A stretch of 34,618 bases of DNA from an uncultured bacterium. Lineage in GTDB: Bacteria; Patescibacteriota; Saccharimonadia; Saccharimonadales; CAIOMD01. The notes beneath the pieces are model-generated. The model was not told where the DNA came from and did not search any database. It saw only the letters and a list, made by a program, of their open reading frames with translations. The DNA lies in contig CAIRQE010000027.1 of NCBI GenBank assembly GCA_903880655.1, positions 1 to 34,618 of the forward strand, read 5' to 3'. The position numbers were made by a program, and so were the translations under genes. Of this stretch, positions 8,575 through 16,817 are shown piece after piece. Each line of letters opens with the position of its first letter. The stretch's first letter is position 1.

Positions 8575-9831
8575 ATGACACAAACATTATCAGAAGAACT
8601 AACCTGGCGCGGGTTCGTTAATCAAACAACCTATCCTGACATTACTGCGCTTGACGGAGCGCCTATTACTTTTTACTGGGGAGTAGATCCAAGTGCTGCC
8701 AGTATGACTGTTGGTCACCTTGCAGTAGCTATGATGATTCGGCATTTTATTAATGCTGGACACAAACCGATTCTTCTGGTGGGTGGAGCGACCGGACTCA
8801 TTGGCGACCCTGATGGTAAAGCGCAAGAACGTGACCTAAAAACTAATGATGAAATAGAAAAAAATGTCCAGGGTATTAAAAAACAATACGAGCAAGTATT
8901 TTCCGGACAAGATCTTAAACTTGTTAATAACTATGATTGGTTTAAAGATTTTGGTTATTTGGATTTTCTTCGTGAAGTTGGTAAACACGTACCGATGAGA
9001 CAAATGCTTGGGCGGGAGTTCGTGCAATCACGCCTTAGTGAAGACGGCGCAGGCATTAGCTACGCCGAATTTAGCTACTCATTAATACAGGGTTACGATT
9101 TCCTCCATCTTTTTAAAGAACACGGAGCAACCTTGCAGGTATGCGGCGCTGACCAATGGGGTAATTGTATTGCAGGCGTTGAACTGATTCGCCGTATAGG
9201 TGGCGGTGAAGCGCACATATTTTCTGCACCTCTAGTTATTAATAAGGCAACTGGTATTAAGTTTGGTAAAAGTGAAGAAGGCGCAGTATGGCTTGATCCA
9301 GCGCTTACGTCTCCATATAAGTTCTACCAATTTTGGTTAAATGCTGATGACGAAAGTGTTAAAGATTACCTAAAACTGTATACACTAATCGCTAAAGATC
9401 AGTACGTTGCATTGATTCACGAATTCGAAGCAGACAAGAGCGATCGAAAAGCTCAAAAAGTTCTTGCCTATGAAGTGACCAAGATTGTTCATGGCGAAGC
9501 ACGAGCCCAAAGCGTCCAAAAAATCAGTGAAGTACTTTTTGGAAACGGCGAATACACAGAACTTAAAAAGGAAGATTTTATTGAACTCGGAGAAGAACTT
9601 GGCATATTTGAAGCACCGGAAGGTGTAGATCTTGCAGGATCAGTGGTTGAGGCTGGACTTGCAACATCAAAGGGAGAGGCTCGACGCTTCCTAGATAGTA
9701 ACGCGATATATATTAATGGTTCTCAGATTCCGCTCAATAAGACGACGATTGAGAGCGATGACGCTATTAATGGCTTCGTAGTGCTTCGTAGAGGCAAGAA
9801 TGCACAAGTAATAATAAAGCTGGGAGCGTAA
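8575..9831 (+). CDS. tyrS: Tyrosine--tRNA ligase
   Basis: Class I HIGH-type region YWGVDPSAASMTVGHL, KMSKS-type KFGKS, and a C-terminal S4-like domain (SKGEARRFLDSNAIYINGS). Confidence 0.95.
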   Translation: MTQTLSEELTWRGFVNQTTYPDITALDGAPITFYWGVDPSAASMTVGHLAVAMMIRHFINAGHKPILLVGGATGLIGDPDGKAQERDLKTNDEIEKNVQGIKKQYEQVFSGQDLKLVNNYDWFKDFGYLDFLREVGKHVPMRQMLGREFVQSRLSEDGAGISYAEFSYSLIQGYDFLHLFKEHGATLQVCGADQWGNCIAGVELIRRIGGGEAHIFSAPLVINKATGIKFGKSEEGAVWLDPALTSPYKFYQFWLNADDESVKDYLKLYTLIAKDQYVALIHEFEADKSDRKAQKVLAYEVTKIVHGEARAQSVQKISEVLFGNGEYTELKKEDFIELGEELGIFEAPEGVDLAGSVVEAGLATSKGEARRFLDSNAIYINGSQIPLNKTTIESDDAINGFVVLRRGKNAQVIIKLGA

Positions 9832-9832
9832 G

Positions 9833-11113
9833 ATGGCACTTTCAACTGCACCATATAAAGGAGCTCGAGATTTTTACCCTGAAGATCAAAGAATTGAAAT
9901 GTATATATTCTTTGTGTGGAGAGAAGTTGCACTTAAGTTCGGCTACGAGGAATATAACGCTTCAATTATTGAATCTGAAGAACTATATCTTTCTAAAACG
10001 AGTCAAGAGATCGTAAACGAACAGACCTACTCATTCGAAGATCGTGGAGGACGAAAAGTAACTTTGCGACCAGAAATGACACCATCAGTGAGTCGTATGG
10101 TTGCCGCTAAAAGGCAAGAACTTGCCTACCCACTAAGATTATTTAGTATTCCGAACGTTTGGAGATATGAACGTCCACAAAGAGGAAGGCTGAGAGAACA
10201 CTGGCAGCTAAACGTTGATCTTTTTGGCGTTTCTGAACTTGCTGCTGATCATGAAATGATCATTCTAGCTGATAGTATTATGCAACGCTTTGGGGCTAAT
10301 AGGGATAGCTATTCTATACGGATAAATAGCCGTAAGCTTATTGATCACCTGCTTAAAACACGCTACTCAATGGATGAAGAAAATGCCCTTGCAGTTATAA
10401 GACTTATCGATAAGAAGAATAAGATGACTAAGGAAGTATTTAATTATGGGCTTCAAAAATTAGTGCACTCAGATCACATTGAAGAACTTACTGGAATCTT
10501 AGATGCAAACGATTTCAACAGCCTACCCGATGACGTGAGGGCGTTGCCATCCGCCCAACAGATCCATAATCTTCAGATGCTCTTAGGTCGCGAAGGCATC
10601 ACCAATGTCACCTTCGACACCAGTCTCATGAGGGGGTTTGATTATTACACAGATATTGTTTTTGAAATGTTTGATACAGCACCAGAAAATAATCGATCAT
10701 TATTCGGCGGCGGTCGCTACGACGGACTTGTCGGTCTTTTTGGAGTAGAGCCCTTACCGACTGTTGGTTTCGGCATGGGCGATGTGTCAATTCGTGATTT
10801 TCTGGAAACCCATAAACTTCTTCCTGAATTCGGTACAACAGTTGATGTCGCGGTCCTTATAGTAGGTAATCATTACGAAGCACTTGTTGAGCTTATTTCA
10901 GACTTACGATCTGAAGGAATCCATGTGGCGGTTGATGCAACTGACCGAAAGCTTGATAAAAAAATAAAATCTGCAGATAAATCTGGCTACAAAAAAGTAC
11001 TGATTATTGGGGATAACGAATTAAAGATTAAGCGAGTTGTCTTAAAAGATCTCCAAACAGGTCAGGAAACTTCTGTTTCTTTTGCAAACATTGCAGATAA
11101 GCTATTCGCCTAA
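9833..11113 (+). CDS. hisS: Histidine--tRNA ligase
   Basis: Class II motifs LRPEMTPSV, RYERPQRGRLREHWQLN and GGGRYDGL, plus a C-terminal anticodon-binding domain. The start is 1 nt after the tyrS stop. Confidence 0.95.
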   Translation: MALSTAPYKGARDFYPEDQRIEMYIFFVWREVALKFGYEEYNASIIESEELYLSKTSQEIVNEQTYSFEDRGGRKVTLRPEMTPSVSRMVAAKRQELAYPLRLFSIPNVWRYERPQRGRLREHWQLNVDLFGVSELAADHEMIILADSIMQRFGANRDSYSIRINSRKLIDHLLKTRYSMDEENALAVIRLIDKKNKMTKEVFNYGLQKLVHSDHIEELTGILDANDFNSLPDDVRALPSAQQIHNLQMLLGREGITNVTFDTSLMRGFDYYTDIVFEMFDTAPENNRSLFGGGRYDGLVGLFGVEPLPTVGFGMGDVSIRDFLETHKLLPEFGTTVDVAVLIVGNHYEALVELISDLRSEGIHVAVDATDRKLDKKIKSADKSGYKKVLIIGDNELKIKRVVLKDLQTGQETSVSFANIADKLFA

Positions 11114-11171
11114 AACGGGGACCAATTAACTCTTTAAAACCTCAGTTATTTGTGGTACAGTTAACACTTAT

Positions 11172-12452
11172 ATGAAAATAACAACCACACCCCAAGAGAA
11201 TAATATTACTAAAATTGTCATTGCCGCCGATACATCAGATCTAGCGACCATGAAAACCCATGTACTCGAAAAGATGGCACCATCAGTAAAAATGGCTGGC
11301 TTCAGAGCCGGAAAAGCCCCCCTTAATCTAGTAGAAAAACAAGTTGATCCAAACCGACTTCAAGCAGAAGTAATCGATGAAGCGATTAATCATTTTTATT
11401 CTGACGCAATTGCAAAAGAAGGAATTCGAGTAGTATCCCAGCCGAAAGTTGATATTTTAAAATTTGTACCATTCACAGAGCTAGAATTCAGTGCTGAAGT
11501 TGAAGTATTACCGATAATCACGCTTCCGAACTACAAAAAGAAGCGAACCATGACTAAAGTCGAAGAAGTAACTGCAAAAGATGTAACGGAAGTCATGGAG
11601 CGTTTAGCATTACAGGGCGCAACCTATAAAGAAGTCGAACGAGCTTCTAAAAACGAAGATCGAGTAAATATAGACTTTGAAGGTAGTGATACCAAGGGGG
11701 AGCTTGTTAGTGGAGCGAGTGGTAAAGATTATCCTCTTGCACTGGGAAGCAATACTTTTATCCCTGGTTTTGAAGATAATGTTGTTGGTCTAAAAAAAGG
11801 TGATGAAAAAACGTTCACCATTCCATTTCCTAAAGACTACGGCGTAAAAGCTTTACAGGGTAAAAAAGTAACCTTTAAGATTACGGTGAATAAAGTTGAG
11901 GAAACATCTAAAGCTGTAATTGATGACACTTTTGCATCTACCGTAGGTCCTTTCAAGACGGTTGCAGAACTTAAGACAGATATCAAGAAGCAGCTCAAGG
12001 AAGAAAAAGAACGACAAGCTAAGGCTGAATTTGAGAACACCCTTATAAAGGATCTCGTACAGCAGACAGCCATTGCACTCCCAGAGTCATTACTTGAAGA
12101 ACAAATGGAAAGTGTTGATCGCGAATTTAAGCAAAATCTTGCGTACCGAGGGCAAACTTTTAAAGAATATCTTGCAAATGCAAAACTTACAGAAGAAACT
12201 TACAAAGAAAAAGAACTTAAACCCGCTGCCGAGGAACGCCTGAAGGCAGGCCTCATACTCAGTGAAATAGCAGCGGTCGAAAACCTTACCATTACTCCAG
12301 AGGAGCTTGAAGTACGAATGCAAATCATGAAAGGACAATACACGGACGCTCAGATGCAGTCTGAGCTTGAAAAGCCAGAAGCGAAGCGAGACGTAGCTTC
12401 ACGAATGCTTACTGAAAAGACTGTCGCAACCCTTGTTAAATACGCTCAATAA
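11172..12452 (+). CDS. tig: Trigger factor
   Basis: Ribosome-binding signature GFRAGKAP, central FKBP-type PPIase block (FIPGFEDNVVGLKKGDEKTF) and a helical C-terminal domain. Followed by clpP, as in many bacteria. Confidence 0.9.
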   Translation: MKITTTPQENNITKIVIAADTSDLATMKTHVLEKMAPSVKMAGFRAGKAPLNLVEKQVDPNRLQAEVIDEAINHFYSDAIAKEGIRVVSQPKVDILKFVPFTELEFSAEVEVLPIITLPNYKKKRTMTKVEEVTAKDVTEVMERLALQGATYKEVERASKNEDRVNIDFEGSDTKGELVSGASGKDYPLALGSNTFIPGFEDNVVGLKKGDEKTFTIPFPKDYGVKALQGKKVTFKITVNKVEETSKAVIDDTFASTVGPFKTVAELKTDIKKQLKEEKERQAKAEFENTLIKDLVQQTAIALPESLLEEQMESVDREFKQNLAYRGQTFKEYLANAKLTEETYKEKELKPAAEERLKAGLILSEIAAVENLTITPEELEVRMQIMKGQYTDAQMQSELEKPEAKRDVASRMLTEKTVATLVKYAQ

Positions 12453-12501
12453 TTAGCACTCTCTATTGACGAGTGCCAACTCTGTGTATTATATTTATAG
12501 T

Positions 12502-13092
12502 ATGAAAAGTATGCTCATTCCTACAGTTATTGAAAACGACGGCCGTGTTGAACGTGCCTATGACATCTACAGCCGATTGCTCAAAGATCGCATTATCTTT
12601 TTAGGTGAAGACGTAAACGAGCATACTGCTAATCTTGTTGTCGCTCAAATGCTTTTTTTGGAATCACAAGATTCAAAGAAAGACATTATTTTCTATATCA
12701 ATAGTCCTGGTGGAAGCGTTTATGATGGTATGGCTATCTATGACACTATGCAATTTGTTAAATGCGACATTCAAACTGTTGGACTTGGCGTGCAAGCTAG
12801 TATGGGTGCATTTTTGCTCAGCAGCGGCACTAAGGGTAAACGATATATGTTGCCTCACGCTACAACCATGATTCACCAGCCGAGCAGCGGCACAAGGGGT
12901 AAAGTTACTGATATGGAAATTGACCTTAAAGAAGGCTTGCGCCTCAAGAAACAGTTGAACCAAATCCTTGCTAAAAATACTGGGCAAAAGCTAGCTAAGA
13001 TCGAGCAAGACGTTGAACGAGATTACTGGATGACAGCTGAAGAATCGAAAAAGTATGGTCTCATTGACGAAATCATCACTAACCGAAAATAA
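12502..13092 (+). CDS. clpP: ATP-dependent Clp protease proteolytic subunit
   Basis: Catalytic triad contexts [11 protein letters not shown] (Ser), TMIHQPS (His) and ERDYWM (Asp). I prefer the ATG at 12502 ([11 protein letters not shown]...) over the TTG track start at 12466. Confidence 0.93.
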   Translation: MKSMLIPTVIENDGRVERAYDIYSRLLKDRIIFLGEDVNEHTANLVVAQMLFLESQDSKKDIIFYINSPGGSVYDGMAIYDTMQFVKCDIQTVGLGVQASMGAFLLSSGTKGKRYMLPHATTMIHQPSSGTRGKVTDMEIDLKEGLRLKKQLNQILAKNTGQKLAKIEQDVERDYWMTAEESKKYGLIDEIITNRK

Positions 13093-13271
13093 TTTATACT
13101 AAAAGTATTGACAATTTGCTAACAGTGGTGCAAACTTCTTTCAAGAAGTAGTGTAATCGGGCTGTGCTCGCTTGTCTCAAAAAACGAGTACCAAACACCC
13201 CCGCTTAGTTATCCTTCGCGCGCAAAAACAAGGTAACCATCAGTTAAATTTAAACAGGAGTCTGCTTTTTT

Positions 13272-16200
13272 ATGGCCAAGACAGCAGCTATGAAGAGTGA
13301 TGCATCAGCATCCCGTATTTACTACACTAAGAACGAAGATATCAATCTTCCTAATCTTGTAGATCATCAAAATAAGAGTTTCCAATGGTTTGTAGACGAA
13401 GGATTAGGCGAATTACTTGCTGAAGTAAGCCCAATTGACGACTATACTGGAACGAAATTGTCTCTTTCTTTCAAGAGCTACCATTTCGAAGAACCAAAGG
13501 TATCAGAGGCTTTAGCCCGAGAAAATAATGTTAGTTATGACGCACCGCTCAAGGCAGTCGTTGAACTAACCAATAAAGTAACTGGCGAAGTTAAAGAATC
13601 AGAAATCTACCTCGGCGATTACCCTTGGATGACTCAACGTGGTACTTTCGTAATTAACGGTGCAGAACGTGTTGTAGTTAGCCAGTTGATTAGAAGTCCT
13701 GGTGTTTTCTTTATTGCGGAAAATCACGGTAATTCACGATTATACGGCGCGAAGGTAATCCCAAACCGTGGTGCATGGTTAGAATTTGAAACTGCAGTAA
13801 ATGGTGCATTGTATGTAAAAATCGATCGTCGCCGAAAAATTGCAGTAACAACTCTCTTCAAAGCACTTGGAATGAGCGAAACATCAATCAAAGAAGCGAT
13901 GAAGCATGTTGACCAAGGTAAACTTAGCTACGTTGATGCGACTCTTGAAAAAGATCCTTCAAAAGGAACAAATGAAGCATTAATTGAAGTATATCGACGG
14001 CTCCGACCAGGTGACCTCGCGACTCATGACAATGCTCGTTCATTACTCGAGAATATGTTTTACAATTTCAAGCGATTCGATTTTAGCCGAGTTGGACGAT
14101 ATAAGATCAACAAAAGACTTGATCTAGACGTTCCTAATACAACTGAAAACCGAGTTATGCGACTTGAAGATCTTCTTGCGATTGTTGCTGAAATCATTCG
14201 TCTTAACAACACACAAGAACCTGCTGATGATATTGATAGTCTTGCAAACCGACGAGTCAAATTAGTTGGTGAACTCGTGCAAAGACAATTCCGTATTGGC
14301 CTTCTTCGAATGCAACGAAACGCTATGGATCGAATGTCTATGAGCGAAATTGAGACAGTTACTCCAGGGCAGCTTATTAATGCTCGCCCGGTTGTTGCTG
14401 CTGTTCGTGAATTCTTCGCAAGCTCACAACTTAGTCAGTTCATGGACCAAATTAATCCATTATCTGAACTTGCTCACAAGCGACGCTTGAGCTCAATGGG
14501 ACCTGGTGGTCTAAGCCGTGAACGTGCTGGATTTGAAGTACGTGACGCGCATGCTACTCACTACGGACGTATTTGTGCAGTAGAAACTCCTGAAGGTGCA
14601 AACATTGGACTTGTACTTAACATGGCAAGCTATGCTCGCATTAACGATTACGGTTTCCTCGAAACTCCTTATCGAAAAGTGCTTAGTGCACTTCCTGCTA
14701 AAGAATTAGCTGGCCACATCGCTGCTGTTGATCTTGAAGATGAAAAAGGCAAAACCATAGTTAAAAAAGGTACTAAGATTACTGCAGCAGATATTAAGAA
14801 GCTCGATGCTATTAAAACGAGAGCTACTTGGCCTATTAAAGCCAAAGTTACTTCTGAAGTTATCTATCTAGACGCTTTTGAAGAAGAAAAGGCTGTTATT
14901 GCTGGAGCTGGAAATGATATTGATGCTGATGGCTATTTTGTAAACGACCGCGTGTCAGCGCGTAGTCATCTAGTTGCTGGTGAGGTTGATTCAGACGATG
15001 TCACTTATATGGACGCTGCATTAAAGCAAATCGTCGGCTCATCTGCTTCACTTATTCCGTTTATTGAAAAGAACTATGTATACCGCTCACTCATGGGTAG
15101 TAATCAACAGCGACAAGCAGTACCCCTTATTAATCCTACCGCTCCTATCGTAGGAACTGGTATGGAAGCGAATGCTGCTCGAAATACAGGACAAATCGTT
15201 CTTGCTGAAGATAAAGGCACCGTTATTAAAGCGGCTGGAGATGGTGTAGTCGTTCAGTACGAAAAAGTAAAGAAAACATATGTTCCTTTGCGATTCCAAC
15301 GAAGTAACGAAGGCTCTAGTATCAACCAAAAAGTTGTTGTTAATACTGGTGATGTAGTAAAAGCAGGCGATGTTCTTATCGAAGGTATGAGCGTCGACAA
15401 CGGCGAACTCGCACTAGGTAAGGATTTACTTGTTGCATTCATGCCATGGGCTGGTTACAACTTTGAAGATGCGATCATCATCAGTGACCGATTGATTAAA
15501 GATGATGAATTCACCAGTATTCATATCGTTGATTACATGACTGAAGTTCGTGAAACAAAACTCGGACCTGAAATTGTGACTATGGATATTCCAAACGTAT
15601 CTGAAGAAGCGCTTCGTCATCTTGACGAAGAAGGTATCGTACGAATAGGTGCAGAAGTGCATCCTGGTGATATCCTTGTTGGTAAGATTACTCCTAAGGG
15701 TGAACAAGAGCTTTCGAGTGAAGAACGACTTTTGCGAGCTATCTTTGGAGAAAAAGCAAAAGAAGTACGTGATACTTCTCAGAGAATGAGTAATGGTAAG
15801 CACGGTAAAGTTGTTGGCGTTAAGGTATTCAGCCGTGCAAACGGTCATGAACTTAAGGCTGGCGTTATCATGCAGATCCAGGTCTTCGTTGCTCAAATGC
15901 GAAAAGTTGCTGTTGGAGATAAGCTCGGTGGACGTCACGGTAACAAGGGTGTTATTGCCCGAATTCTTCCACAAGAAGATATGCCATTTACTGAAGATGG
16001 TACCCCGATGGATATCATTCTTAACCCACTTGGTATTCCGAGCCGTTCAAACCTAGGTCAGCTTTTCGAAACGCACCTTGGTATGGCAGCGCGTGCGCTT
16101 GGTTTACATGTAGCGACACCTCCATTTAATGGAGTTCCTATTGATAAGATCCGAAGCCTTCTTAAGGAAGCTGGTCTCCCAGAAGACGGCAAACAGCAAT

Positions 16201-16817
16201 TGTTTGACGGCCGTACTGGTGACGCTTTCAAGGAACGAACAACTGTCGGTTCTATGTACATGATTAAGCTAAATCACATGATTGCGGACAAGATTCACGC
16301 TCGTTCAACTGGGCCTTACACTATGGTTACCCAGCAACCACTTGGCGGTAAAGCGCAAAATGGTGGACAGCGGTTTGGTGAGATGGAAGTATGGGCGCTT
16401 GAAGCGTATGGTGCCGCTAGTACTTTGCAGGAAATGCTCACCATCAAGTCAGACGATGTATACGGACGAGCTAAGGCGTACGAAAGTATCATTAAGCAGA
16501 CTGAAATTGTTGGGCCTAAGGTTCCAGAAAGCTTTAACGTGCTCGTTAAGGAACTACAAGGTCTTGGACTTAAAGTTGATCTAATTGATCAAAATATGGG
16601 CCAAGTTGTAGATGCAGAAGAATTGCTTGAAGTGAATATTAAAGACGAAGCTTCACATTTGTCAGCTGTCGAAGCGCCACAATCAGAAATTAATGACCTT
16701 GATCTTTCAGCTGATGTAGTTGGCGAAGATTTTCTAGTAGTAGATGAAAATGGTGAAGAGGTTGAAACAGCCGAATTACCCGTTGAAGTTAATGAAGAGG
16801 AGGTGACCAATGCGTAA
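13272..16817 (+). CDS. rpoB: DNA-directed RNA polymerase subunit beta
   Basis: Conserved blocks FVINGAERVVVSQL, GPGGLSRERAGFEVRD, QQRQAVPL, GRHGNKGV and GEMEVWALEAYGA. There is an acidic C-terminal tail. Confidence 0.98.
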   Translation: MAKTAAMKSDASASRIYYTKNEDINLPNLVDHQNKSFQWFVDEGLGELLAEVSPIDDYTGTKLSLSFKSYHFEEPKVSEALARENNVSYDAPLKAVVELTNKVTGEVKESEIYLGDYPWMTQRGTFVINGAERVVVSQLIRSPGVFFIAENHGNSRLYGAKVIPNRGAWLEFETAVNGALYVKIDRRRKIAVTTLFKALGMSETSIKEAMKHVDQGKLSYVDATLEKDPSKGTNEALIEVYRRLRPGDLATHDNARSLLENMFYNFKRFDFSRVGRYKINKRLDLDVPNTTENRVMRLEDLLAIVAEIIRLNNTQEPADDIDSLANRRVKLVGELVQRQFRIGLLRMQRNAMDRMSMSEIETVTPGQLINARPVVAAVREFFASSQLSQFMDQINPLSELAHKRRLSSMGPGGLSRERAGFEVRDAHATHYGRICAVETPEGANIGLVLNMASYARINDYGFLETPYRKVLSALPAKELAGHIAAVDLEDEKGKTIVKKGTKITAADIKKLDAIKTRATWPIKAKVTSEVIYLDAFEEEKAVIAGAGNDIDADGYFVNDRVSARSHLVAGEVDSDDVTYMDAALKQIVGSSASLIPFIEKNYVYRSLMGSNQQRQAVPLINPTAPIVGTGMEANAARNTGQIVLAEDKGTVIKAAGDGVVVQYEKVKKTYVPLRFQRSNEGSSINQKVVVNTGDVVKAGDVLIEGMSVDNGELALGKDLLVAFMPWAGYNFEDAIIISDRLIKDDEFTSIHIVDYMTEVRETKLGPEIVTMDIPNVSEEALRHLDEEGIVRIGAEVHPGDILVGKITPKGEQELSSEERLLRAIFGEKAKEVRDTSQRMSNGKHGKVVGVKVFSRANGHELKAGVIMQIQVFVAQMRKVAVGDKLGGRHGNKGVIARILPQEDMPFTEDGTPMDIILNPLGIPSRSNLGQLFETHLGMAARALGLHVATPPFNGVPIDKIRSLLKEAGLPEDGKQQLFDGRTGDAFKERTTVGSMYMIKLNHMIADKIHARSTGPYTMVTQQPLGGKAQNGGQRFGEMEVWALEAYGAASTLQEMLTIKSDDVYGRAKAYESIIKQTEIVGPKVPESFNVLVKELQGLGLKVDLIDQNMGQVVDAEELLEVNIKDEASHLSAVEAPQSEINDLDLSADVVGEDFLVVDENGEEVETAELPVEVNEEEVTNA

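Noticed and set aside
12456-12476. 6-bp hairpin GCACTC...GAGTGC directly after tig, considered as a terminator.
   Set aside because: There is no following U-tract, the stem is short, and it overlaps the putative clpP -35. It is probably not a terminator.
15426-15974. 182-aa minus-strand ORF, along with many other 60-118 aa antisense or out-of-frame ORFs inside rpoB, rpoC, fusA, tuf, clpP, the PBP gene and others.
   Set aside because: All lie wholly inside strongly supported conserved genes. Their translations are low-complexity or Ser/Phe/Leu-rich shadows. None has a Shine-Dalgarno or promoter of its own.
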